A program made the position numbers and the translations under genes. 54,950 nt of DNA from Clostridiales bacterium (GTDB lineage Bacteria; Bacillota; Clostridia; Caldicoprobacterales; UBA3941). This document shows, piece by piece, positions 7,646 to 16,341 of the stretch. Every line of letters begins with the position of its first letter. Position 1 is the stretch's first letter. The notes below the pieces were generated by a model. That model saw only the letters and a list, made by a program, of their open reading frames with translations. It ran no database searches and was not told the DNA's origin. The stretch is from assembly GCA_012518395.1 (NCBI GenBank), contig JAAYSJ010000089.1, forward strand, positions 1-54,950, given 5' to 3'.

Positions 7646-8410
7646 TTAAATCAAATCTCTCATCCTGAGCAGTACCCTTTTTTCTATTCTGGATACCTGC
7701 ACTTGGGATATCCCTAATTCGTTGGCAATATCACTTTGGGTTTTATCATGGAAATACCGCATGATTATTATGTATCTCTCACGCTGGGACAACTTTGATA
7801 AGACATCCTTAAGTGCGACTCTATCCACTACTTGTGACATCTGTGTATCTTCTTTTGAAACCTTATCAATTAATAATATAGGGTTATCGTCGTCTTCATA
7901 GACAACGTCGTAGATAGATGACGGAGTTCTGCTTGCTTCTAAAGCATGGATAATTTCTTCTGGTTCACAGCCTACAGCTTCTGCTATCTCTTGGATGCTG
8001 GGTTCTCTGTGCAAAATATTTTTAAGCTGCTCTTTTGCAGCCATGGATTTATTTGCCAATTCCTTTAGCGATCTGCTTACCTTAATTATTCCGTCATCTC
8101 TTAAAAACCTTTTTATTTCGCCCATAATCATGGGCACTGCATATGTAGAAAACCTAACATTGTATTGAGGATCATAGTTTTTTATAGCCTTTATCAATCC
8201 GATTACACCTATCTGGAATAGATCATCATAATCATATCCTCTGTTCAGAAACCTTTTTATAATGCTCTTTACAAGGGCAATATTTCTTGTTACCAAAATG
8301 TCCACTGCCTCTTGATCACCTTGATGAGCTTTTTCCAATAGCAGCAAAGTCTCCTTATGTGGGAGTATACCTTCATCACCTTCTTCCCAGGAGGCATACC
8401 CATTTTTCAT
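7646..8410 (-). CDS. sigF: Sporulation sigma factor F
   Basis: Sigma-70 family regions 2-4 are present (DLFQIGVIGLIKAIKNYD, YAVPMIMGEIKRFLRDDG, SQSDIANELGISQVQVSRIEKR). It is the third gene after spoIIAA-spoIIAB, with an ATGA stop/start overlap. Confidence 0.92.
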   Translation of the reverse strand: MKNGYASWEEGDEGILPHKETLLLLEKAHQGDQEAVDILVTRNIALVKSIIKRFLNRGYDYDDLFQIGVIGLIKAIKNYDPQYNVRFSTYAVPMIMGEIKRFLRDDGIIKVSRSLKELANKSMAAKEQLKNILHREPSIQEIAEAVGCEPEEIIHALEASRTPSSIYDVVYEDDDNPILLIDKVSKEDTQMSQVVDRVALKDVLSKLSQRERYIIIMRYFHDKTQSDIANELGISQVQVSRIEKRVLLRMRDLI

Positions 8411-8859
8411 TTCGTTTCCCTCTCTTTATCTACTGGGCTTCCAAAATGTTTAATCAACTTCACAATCGTCCCTTGACCAGGGGTTGAAGTCACATCTACT
8501 TCATCCATAAAAGTTTCCATTACGGTAAAGCCCATACCTGATCGTTCTAATTCAGGCTTAGACGTATATAGGGGCTGCCGGGCTTTTTCAATGTTTTCTA
8601 TCCCTTTTCCTTGATCAGAAACCCAAGCGATGAGTTTCCTTGGATAGAGGACAGCTTTTATCTCGACATAACCTAGCCCATCCTCATAGCCATGGATGAT
8701 AGAGTTAGTCACTGCTTCTGAAATTGCAGTTTTAATATCTGTGATCTCCTCAAGGGTGGGGTCATTCTGTGCAACAAAAGCTGCAACCGTTACGCGTGCA
8801 AAGGATTCGTTACTGGACCTACTTAAAAACCGTAACACCATTTCGTTAGTTTTGTCCAT
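8407..8859 (-). CDS. spoIIAB: Anti-sigma F factor (serine kinase) SpoIIAB
   Basis: HATPase_c-type motifs are present (EAVTNSIIHGY, DQGKGI, GMGFTVM). The ATG at 8859 lies directly after the spoIIAA stop. Confidence 0.92.
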   Translation of the reverse strand: MDKTNEMVLRFLSRSSNESFARVTVAAFVAQNDPTLEEITDIKTAISEAVTNSIIHGYEDGLGYVEIKAVLYPRKLIAWVSDQGKGIENIEKARQPLYTSKPELERSGMGFTVMETFMDEVDVTSTPGQGTIVKLIKHFGSPVDKERETK

Positions 8860-8860
8860 T

Positions 8861-9205
8861 TTAATTAACCCCCATATCATTTAGAGCTTCTTCCAATCCG
8901 TTATAGGCTCTGATAATCTTATATAACCCGGAAATCCTAAAAATTCTGTCAATATGGGAACTAGTATGGGTGACCCCCAGCTTCCCGCCTCTTTTTGAAA
9001 TGATTTTATATCTGCCTATTAGCATCCCGATCCCTGAACTGTCCATAAAAGTTAACCCTGTTACGTCCATTGCCATGTTTCTAATTGTGGGATCCTCTAG
9101 CCTTTTATCTATAAAATCTCTCACAACGCCTGCTGTATGATGATCCAGTTCCCCCTCTAAAGCAACAATTAATATGCCCTTCCTCTTTTTAGCTGTTACA
9201 TGCAA
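8861..9205 (-). CDS. spoIIAA: Anti-anti-sigma F factor SpoIIAA (STAS domain)
   Basis: Contains LEGELDHHTA and the phosphorylatable serine context FMDSSGIG. The TTG at 9205 is preceded by AAGGAGG at 8 nt and gives 114 aa. The longer ORF-track start has no ribosome-binding site. Confidence 0.9.
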   Translation of the reverse strand: MHVTAKKRKGILIVALEGELDHHTAGVVRDFIDKRLEDPTIRNMAMDVTGLTFMDSSGIGMLIGRYKIISKRGGKLGVTHTSSHIDRIFRISGLYKIIRAYNGLEEALNDMGVN

Positions 9206-9256
9206 GCTTATTACCTCCTTAACACGCTGAGAATTTAGCTTACCCGCATTCATTAC

Positions 9257-9286
9257 TATATTCTTCACCTATATCTATTTCCCTTC
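9257..9286 (-). promoter_or_regulatory. Candidate sigma-H-type promoter for the spoIIA operon
   Basis: The minus strand reads GAAGGGAA-12 nt-GAAGAAT, compared with the consensus RnAGGwWW-(11-12)-RnnGAAT. It lies about 50 nt upstream of the spoIIAA start. Confidence 0.4.
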
Positions 9287-9318
9287 AATGAATATTAACT
9301 AATATTGTTGGAAGTGCT

Positions 9319-9365
9319 AAAAAAAAGCTTAGATCCCCTCGACAAATGTCGAGGGGATCTAAGCT
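9319..9365 (-). terminator. Intrinsic terminator of the upstream small gene
   Basis: A perfect 18-bp stem is formed by AGCTTAGATCCCCTCGAC (9326-9343) and GTCGAGGGGATCTAAGCT (9348-9365) around a 4-nt loop. On the minus strand it is followed by T8. Confidence 0.85.
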
Positions 9366-9373
9366 TCCATCTT

Positions 9374-9595
9374 TTATATCTCAACTTCTTGAATCTCCAC
9401 CCTAATGGATTGAGTTTTATTCATATCTGCCAATATCTGTTTTTCATCAGGCCATGACCTATATTTTTTTCTTTCATCCTCTGTAAGGACTACTTTATCT
9501 ATAATCTGTCTTCCTGTCATAGTCTTGTCGCTTACGTACGTCTGCATAATGGGATTATTATCTACCACTGTCAGTATCGCATATACATATTTCAT
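9374..9595 (-). CDS. Hypothetical protein (73 aa)
   Basis: ORF with the ATG at 9595 lying 4 nt after GAGGAA, followed by a strong terminator. No recognisable motif. Confidence 0.5.
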   Translation of the reverse strand: MKYVYAILTVVDNNPIMQTYVSDKTMTGRQIIDKVVLTEDERKKYRSWPDEKQILADMNKTQSIRVEIQEVEI

Positions 9596-9706
9596 AAGAT
9601 TCCTCAAATCCCTTCCCCTATGTAATTAAAGAAGCATCTTCAGGGCTGGTCGGATGCTCCTATATAAGTTTATAATAATTCTCCCCATAATTCAATATTA
9701 TCTTAT

Positions 9707-10327
9707 CTAGATTTCCCCTATATCTATATCGTCCTCAATTTCATCCTCTTTTCCCTCCGCTAATATTTCCTCGATATCTAACCTGCTGTGCTTAGCAGTA
9801 CATAAGACTACAGCATCATAATTGTCTATTATACTTATCTCTTCCGAGATCTCCAGATCCCCTACCCTTATGCTCCGTCTATCACCTAATCTTTCCACCG
9901 AAACATTTATACAGTCAGGAATATTATCTGCCAAGCCTTCTACACAAACAGTATTCTTTTGTCGCTGTATTATAATCCCATCTCTATTGACCTTTCCACC
10001 GCCCTCAATTCTAATGGGTACTTCCGCTCTTATCTTTTGTCCGCTTTTAAGAGCCAGGGCATCTATATGGATTACTTTTCTGGTTAAAGGATCCCTTTGA
10101 ACCTCTTTCAATCTTACAGGCCATATATTATTATCCATCATTATTTCAAAGAAAGCATTCTCACCGTCTTCCCTAAGTAAACGGTTTATAGCTTTGATTT
10201 CAAATATTATAGGTATAGGGGTTATGGTTTGCCCATAAATAACCCCGGGAACGTATCCCTGTTCCCTTAATACGTTGGCTTTTGTTTTTTGGATTTTTGC
10301 CTTGGCTTCAATAGATTTGTTGTGCAT
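9707..10327 (-). CDS. ctc: 50S ribosomal protein L25 / general stress protein Ctc
   Basis: L25 N-domain (ANVLREQGYVPGVIYG, VQRDPLTRKVIHIDA) followed by the Ctc-type C-domain and an acidic tail. The start at the internal ATG (10327) fits the family length. Confidence 0.85.
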   Translation of the reverse strand: MHNKSIEAKAKIQKTKANVLREQGYVPGVIYGQTITPIPIIFEIKAINRLLREDGENAFFEIMMDNNIWPVRLKEVQRDPLTRKVIHIDALALKSGQKIRAEVPIRIEGGGKVNRDGIIIQRQKNTVCVEGLADNIPDCINVSVERLGDRRSIRVGDLEISEEISIIDNYDAVVLCTAKHSRLDIEEILAEGKEDEIEDDIDIGEI

Positions 10328-10405
10328 TATCTTTATACCTGCCTTTACTATTGTTTCTCTATTATCCCCAAGGCCTTCCAATTTTATTATGCGTTAATCA
10401 AAGTA

Positions 10406-12160
10406 TTAATTATCTGCTTTAAGCACCAGATTATCAAGCGTTTCTTCATCCAAAGTTTCTTTCTGTAGTAAAGTATTTGCTATTAAATCCAAAAGGTGTC
10501 TGTTTTCCATAAGCAAACACCTGACCTGGCCATAGAATTCGTCTAAACACTTTTTAGCCCCGTCTAAAAGTCTTTCTTGCATCTGCTCTATACCATTACG
10601 GTATAAAACATCATAGTTAAGCAAACCCCAGCCATCTGTCATTCCAAAACGTCGAACCATATCCATAAGAACCCCGGTGGCCTTCTCCAGATCGTTAGAT
10701 GCACCGGTAGTTATATTATCTTTTCCAAAGACTATTTCTTCCGCGCATCTTCCAGCAAGCAAAATTCTTATATTGTTTTCCATATCCCTTTTCTTCAAGT
10801 ACATAGAATCAGGCGGGATGTTCATGCTGAAACCCCCGGCACCTTTCGTGCTAGGTATTATAGTTACTTTAGATACACGGTTTTCAGGGGCTACCAATTT
10901 CGTTACAAGTGCATGTCCAGACTCATGATATGCTGTAATCTTCCTATCCATATCTGATAATGAGCTCCTGTCCTTTTTTTCATACCCTGCGATAACAGTG
11001 TAAAAAGCCTTCTCTATATCTGCCTGTTTAATGGTACCGTTTCCCCTTTTGGCTGCTTGAATGGCTGCCTCATTCATCAGGTTCTCAAGCTGAGCGCCAC
11101 TAAAGTAGACCGTATCGTGAGACAAACTCTTCAAGTCTACATCACTGCCTATGGGCTTATTCCGACTATGAAGCTTCAATATCATTTGCCTTGCACTTAC
11201 GTCTGGTAAGCCTATTTCTATATGCCTATCAAATCTTCCCGGTCTTAACAGAGCATCATCTAAAGTATCTAGCCTATTGGTAGCTGCTACAACTACAATC
11301 CCCTCATTTTCATTGAATCCCGACATTTCAGATAGTAGAGCATTTAAGGTTTGATCCCTCTCATCACTGCCGCCCCCATCGGATCCACCATTTCTCTTTT
11401 TTCCAAGGGCATCAATTTCATCTATGAAAATAACGCATTTACCTGCTTGCCTGGCCTTTTTAAAAAGTTCCCTTATTCTCGCAGCACCTACACCTACATA
11501 CATTTGTACAAAATCCGATCCTGTCAAAGCAAAGAAGGGAACCCCTGCTTCACCGGCAATTGCCTTAGCCAGCAGAGTTTTTCCTGTCCCCGGTGGCCCA
11601 TATAGAATAATACCCCTGGGCATTCTGGCACCATATTCTGAATATTTTTCGGGATTATTAATAAAATCAATTATTTCCTCCACGCTATTAACTGCTTCCT
11701 GATTACCAGCTATATTAGAAAAGTTCACCTTGATCGCTTCTTCTTCCTTAATGCTAGTACCCACCCTAGATGCTTTACCCTGGGCTTGAGGAAATCTTTT
11801 GGATATAATTGTAAGAGCCACAGTTAAAATGCCAGCCAAAACAATTAAACTGATCACCTGGCTTAATATTTCGGAGCTCTTTTTTTCTTCCACAGCTATA
11901 TCCATCTTTAGGAGTTCTTCCTTAAATCCTTCTTTTCTAGGATTATCGGTTATAAATTTGGTACCACCTTTAAGGTCTCCTTGGATAGTGTCACCCTGCC
12001 CTAAAAAGACTCTTTCTACCCTGCCTTTCTGTGTTTCCTCTAAAAATTGATTATATGTTAGTTCTTCGGGTACTGGTTTTCTTAAATTCCATACCATAAT
12101 TGGCAGAATTATAAGTATTACCGCCACTATTGATATGATCACCTTATACTTTCTGTCCAA
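10406..12160 (-). CDS. ftsH: ATP-dependent zinc metalloprotease FtsH
   Basis: Contains Walker A (GPPGTGKT), Walker B (IIFIDEIDA-like VIFIDEIDAL), the second region of homology, the zinc motif HESGHA and two N-terminal transmembrane segments. The TTG start lies 8 nt after AAAGGGG. Confidence 0.92.
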   Translation of the reverse strand: MDRKYKVIISIVAVILIILPIMVWNLRKPVPEELTYNQFLEETQKGRVERVFLGQGDTIQGDLKGGTKFITDNPRKEGFKEELLKMDIAVEEKKSSEILSQVISLIVLAGILTVALTIISKRFPQAQGKASRVGTSIKEEEAIKVNFSNIAGNQEAVNSVEEIIDFINNPEKYSEYGARMPRGIILYGPPGTGKTLLAKAIAGEAGVPFFALTGSDFVQMYVGVGAARIRELFKKARQAGKCVIFIDEIDALGKKRNGGSDGGGSDERDQTLNALLSEMSGFNENEGIVVVAATNRLDTLDDALLRPGRFDRHIEIGLPDVSARQMILKLHSRNKPIGSDVDLKSLSHDTVYFSGAQLENLMNEAAIQAAKRGNGTIKQADIEKAFYTVIAGYEKKDRSSLSDMDRKITAYHESGHALVTKLVAPENRVSKVTIIPSTKGAGGFSMNIPPDSMYLKKRDMENNIRILLAGRCAEEIVFGKDNITTGASNDLEKATGVLMDMVRRFGMTDGWGLLNYDVLYRNGIEQMQERLLDGAKKCLDEFYGQVRCLLMENRHLLDLIANTLLQKETLDEETLDNLVLKADN

Positions 12161-12451
12161 TTTAACAACCCCTTTACCTATTTTATGGCTTTTACGTAAG
12201 GCAAGTCCTTACGTAAATCCTTTTTATAGTTCAAATTATCCATTAACATTATCTATCTATATTTTTTGCATTAAATAACGGGTATTTTACTCTATGTCTT
12301 TATGTCTAGTTTACATAATACTATAGGCTATTATATAGCATCGGCTGGTACTTTGTCCATGGAATTGTGTGGCATGGTTTATAGATGTGATTAATGGGAA
12401 TAATATCAAAAAGCATTAACAATACTCAAATTCATTCTGGGGGGAAACTAT

Positions 12452-14971
12452 ATGAACCAGCAGGAACCCTTTGTCACAAGACGTGAGAAAAGAATTGATA
12501 AAAGAAACAATAGAAAAAAGAAGGCAATTAAAATAATATTGGCAATTCCACTTATTTCGGCTGCCATTTTCCTAACTATTATAGCCTTTTTCCTAGGTAC
12601 AGCAGTTAGTACTTGGAAAGGTCTTGACATAAACAAGCTGGAAAATATCCAGCAATCATCTTTTGTATATGATTATAGGGATGATAAGATTACAAATATA
12701 CATGGAAAGGAAAATAGAATTAAAGTTCCATTGTCTGAAATCCCCACACACGTAAAAAATGCTTTTATTGCTGTAGAGGATGTGCGCTTTTATGCACATC
12801 CCGGCTTTGATATAAAGAGGCTGGTCTCCTCCCTAATACATAATATCAAAGCAGGCGCCTATGTTCAGGGTGGTGGTACTATTACCCAGCAGATTGTCCG
12901 TAACGGTTTTTTGACCCAAAAAAAACTTCTAAGTAGAAAGATCCAAGAAATTTATCTAGCCTATCAACTAGAAAAAGAATATACAAAGGAGCAGATTCTT
13001 CAGACCTATCTGAATCTCATATATTTTGGTAAGGGTGCCTATGGTGTAGAGGCAGCTTCCAATAAATATTTTGGTAAGCCTGTGAAGAATATTAGCGTAG
13101 CCGAGGGCGCAATGCTGGCTGGAATAATAAAAAATCCTGGACATTATTCCCCTTTGATAGATAAAAAAAGTTCCATGTCAAGGAAAGACTTAGTTTTGGA
13201 TCTTATGGCTAAAAATGGATTCCTAAGCCCCGAGGAATGTGCTATAGCCAAGGAGGAAATTATAGACCTGAAAGAGACTCAATCCGAAAGTAATATTCAT
13301 AGCTTTTTTATGGATATGGTGATAAAAGAGGCAGCTGAGGTCTTACGAGTCAAGGAAGAAACCCTTTTTACTAATGGTTATAGAATATACACCACCCTGG
13401 ACAAGGATCTGCAGGAATATTCGGAAAGTATTTTTGAAAATGAAGACTTTTTCCCTACCAGCCCTGTAACAGGCGAACATTGTCAAGGTGCGCTGGTGGT
13501 ACTAGACAGTGCTACAGGCGGGATACGCGCCTTAATTGGCGGCAGGGGTCCTGCTGAGCCCATTAGAAAGGCCTTTAATCGGGCGGTACACTCTAAACGC
13601 CAGCCAGGCTCTGCCATAAAACCTTTAGTTGTTTATACCCCGGCTCTTGAAAGCTATGGCTATACCCCCGTTACCTTTATAGAAGATGCTCCCTTTACCA
13701 TAGGCAATTATTCTCCTTCAAATTATGGCGGTAAGTATAGGGGCTGGGTAACCCTCAGGGAAGCAATAGCTATGTCCATAAATGTTCCTGCAGTAAAGGT
13801 GCTATATGATATCGGAATAAATGGTGGGATAGGTTTTGCCAAAAGGCTGGGCATACCCTTCGATGAAGAAGATAGAAGTCTTTCTGTTGCTCTAGGTGGA
13901 TTCCATCGTGGAATCAGTCCTATTGAGTTAGCCAGGGCTTACTCCACCCTGGCTGATAGAGGCAAATACAAAGATTATACTACTATTAGAAGAATTGAGG
14001 ATCCAAAAGGCGTAACTGTATATAATGCGAATCATCAAAAATCCCAGAATATTTCAGTAGAGTCAACATTCATTATGAATAACATACTAAAATCCTCTAT
14101 CGACATGGAAGGAGGTACTGCTGCCCGATTGAAGTCCTTGGGCATTCCCCTTGCTGCAAAAACAGGCACAGTACAACTCCCAAATACTAAGGAATTTGAA
14201 GGCATTAAAGGAATTAAAGATACCTGGCTGGCGGTCTATAATCCTGATTATGTTTTAACTGTATGGATGGGCTTTGACGTAACCAACACAGAAAACTACC
14301 TACCATCGGAAGCTGTAGGTGGCTCCTATCCAGCTGATATTTTAAAAGAATTAATAGAACATATCTATTCTAAAAAGCCTGCCCGCGATTTTGAAAAGCC
14401 TTTGAATGTAGTGGAAGTTGAACTGGATGGCAAGGCCTTAAAAGAGCGCCATGAAGTACTTTTGGCTTCCCCGCTTACCCCAGATGACCAGATAGTTTTG
14501 GAATATTTCAAACGAGATAATGTCCCTAAGGAGGAAACAGATTATTGGATTATGCCAAATGCTCCCGTGGATTTTGGAATAACACTATCCCAGAAGGGTT
14601 TACCCCTTATATCATTTACTCCAGCCCAAAATTTTGCGGCATATGACATCTATAAGTCAGCCAACGGAAAAAACGCCATACTAGCCCATCATATTAATGC
14701 GGGAAAGTCCGACAGAATACAATGGGAAGATCCACTAGTTAAGCCTGGGGAAAGCTACAGCTATTTCATAGTAGCCACCCATCCAGAAATAATTATAGAT
14801 GGGAAACCAATCCAAAGCATTCCGACACCCACAGTAACCATTGCTATACCTGATAGATCTAATACTCCTCCCATAGAAAACCAGGAACAAGCCGGGGACG
14901 ATTCCGATGAAAATGATAATACCGAAGGGGCGGAAAAGGAAAATAATAAAATCTCAATCCAGATCCCTTAG
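12452..14971 (+). CDS. Class A penicillin-binding protein (second copy in the window)
   Basis: GT51 motifs (AFIAVEDVRFYAHPGFD, GGTITQQ, RKIQEIYLA) and transpeptidase motifs (SAIKP, KTGT) are present. The ATG lies 6 nt after GGGGGGA. Confidence 0.93.
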   Translation: MNQQEPFVTRREKRIDKRNNRKKKAIKIILAIPLISAAIFLTIIAFFLGTAVSTWKGLDINKLENIQQSSFVYDYRDDKITNIHGKENRIKVPLSEIPTHVKNAFIAVEDVRFYAHPGFDIKRLVSSLIHNIKAGAYVQGGGTITQQIVRNGFLTQKKLLSRKIQEIYLAYQLEKEYTKEQILQTYLNLIYFGKGAYGVEAASNKYFGKPVKNISVAEGAMLAGIIKNPGHYSPLIDKKSSMSRKDLVLDLMAKNGFLSPEECAIAKEEIIDLKETQSESNIHSFFMDMVIKEAAEVLRVKEETLFTNGYRIYTTLDKDLQEYSESIFENEDFFPTSPVTGEHCQGALVVLDSATGGIRALIGGRGPAEPIRKAFNRAVHSKRQPGSAIKPLVVYTPALESYGYTPVTFIEDAPFTIGNYSPSNYGGKYRGWVTLREAIAMSINVPAVKVLYDIGINGGIGFAKRLGIPFDEEDRSLSVALGGFHRGISPIELARAYSTLADRGKYKDYTTIRRIEDPKGVTVYNANHQKSQNISVESTFIMNNILKSSIDMEGGTAARLKSLGIPLAAKTGTVQLPNTKEFEGIKGIKDTWLAVYNPDYVLTVWMGFDVTNTENYLPSEAVGGSYPADILKELIEHIYSKKPARDFEKPLNVVEVELDGKALKERHEVLLASPLTPDDQIVLEYFKRDNVPKEETDYWIMPNAPVDFGITLSQKGLPLISFTPAQNFAAYDIYKSANGKNAILAHHINAGKSDRIQWEDPLVKPGESYSYFIVATHPEIIIDGKPIQSIPTPTVTIAIPDRSNTPPIENQEQAGDDSDENDNTEGAEKENNKISIQIP

Positions 14972-15081
14972 TGTTGTTCAAGACTTTCCGCCAATATCTA
15001 TGAACACCTTATCCGGGCAGAGGAATAACCGGGTCTTTTATACTCCGCCTTTTCTAAGGGCTAATAAACAAATATTGTCTG

Positions 15082-16341
15082 TTAAAACACCTCATTAACG
15101 GACTTTCTTTTTCTCTCCAGCCTTTTTTTCCTATGCCTTATTTCATTTATGCCATCCATACCATATGGCGCGTTTCTAGCTATACGCATATGAGTTAATC
15201 TCTTTATAGCCTTGTCTGTATACTTTAATGCTTTCTCATAATTTTGCTCATGGTGTTCGTAATACTTGGCTATTTCTATCAAGGGCGTAATCATAAAATT
15301 TCCGCCATGATCAACCATATACTTCCACAATTTGATGGCAGGCTTCCATTGTCCCCTTCTTTTATAAAGCATGGCAAGCCTGTTCCTGGCAGCCATCCCT
15401 GTATATGGGGTACTACCTGTTTCTATAGACTTTGTATAACAATATGATGACATTTCATCGTCCCCTTGAGCCTCAAAGGATTTCGCCATACCAAACCATT
15501 CCTGACAGTGAAGGTGACTTGTTCTATGATCCTTATACATGCACGCCAGTTTTATAAACAAAGCTACCATAGCCAAGATATCATTTGAATTGTGTTCAAT
15601 AACTATGTTCATAGCGGCCTCATCCCTATCCTGCAAATATTTGTAATAGACACCAGGAATATCTCTGCCAGGGATATCAATAGCCCTATGTTTTTCCAAT
15701 ACGTTTTTTTCCAAAGATATAAGGCTGCAGCTTTCAAGCATGGTTGACCATATCCTTCTAGCAATATGCAACAGATCTATGTGGAATTCCTTATGGTTTA
15801 TATGAGGGCTAATATGATTGATTATCATCCGGTTTTCGAGCAGGGGATAGTCATAGGATTTGCCGTTAAAACTAATTAATATCTTCCTGTTGTTTAGAGT
15901 ATTTAAGATACTATTAAGCATACTGAATTCCTCATCGAAATCCCTCATTATATGCTGCTCTATTACAAAGCAATGCTCATTAAAATAACCCAAACCAACC
16001 ATGAAGGCCAGGGTACCTGCACCTCTTGATAGACCGGTGGTTTCTGTATCCAAAAAAACCAGGTCAGTTATGTTATACCTATAGTCATCATCGTTTAATC
16101 CAAACCATTTATGTTCTACTGGATTGTTTATATGGGTCACCCTTTCAAAGGGGATATTTCCATATGAATATCCCAGGGGTACTTCTGTTCTTTTTAATAC
16201 ATGCTTCCCCCACCTAGTCTCTATTATATGCCCGCCTAAACTGCCATGGGCAGGTCTTGTCGTCTTTCCGTCAATATCTTCAACCCTGGAATGGTAATTG
16301 GAAGAAATCGTTCTTAGCCTCTCCCTTAGATTGGGAATCAT
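15082..16341 (-). CDS. mrfB: RNase H-like (DEDD) exonuclease with a TPR-like C-terminus, YprB/MrfB-like
   Basis: Contains exonuclease motif I (LVFLDTETTGL). The C-terminal part is helical-repeat-like. It lies directly downstream of a YprA-type helicase, as in the B. subtilis yprA-yprB (mrfAB) pair. Confidence 0.7.
   Translation of the reverse strand: MIPNLRERLRTISSNYHSRVEDIDGKTTRPAHGSLGGHIIETRWGKHVLKRTEVPLGYSYGNIPFERVTHINNPVEHKWFGLNDDDYRYNITDLVFLDTETTGLSRGAGTLAFMVGLGYFNEHCFVIEQHIMRDFDEEFSMLNSILNTLNNRKILISFNGKSYDYPLLENRMIINHISPHINHKEFHIDLLHIARRIWSTMLESCSLISLEKNVLEKHRAIDIPGRDIPGVYYKYLQDRDEAAMNIVIEHNSNDILAMVALFIKLACMYKDHRTSHLHCQEWFGMAKSFEAQGDDEMSSYCYTKSIETGSTPYTGMAARNRLAMLYKRRGQWKPAIKLWKYMVDHGGNFMITPLIEIAKYYEHHEQNYEKALKYTDKAIKRLTHMRIARNAPYGMDGINEIRHRKKRLERKRKSVNEVF

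Noticed and set aside
14972-15081. Possible terminator between the convergent second PBP and mrfB genes (CCGG...CCGG).
   Set aside because: Only a 4-bp self-complementary core with a long loop is present, and no T-run follows. Not supportable.
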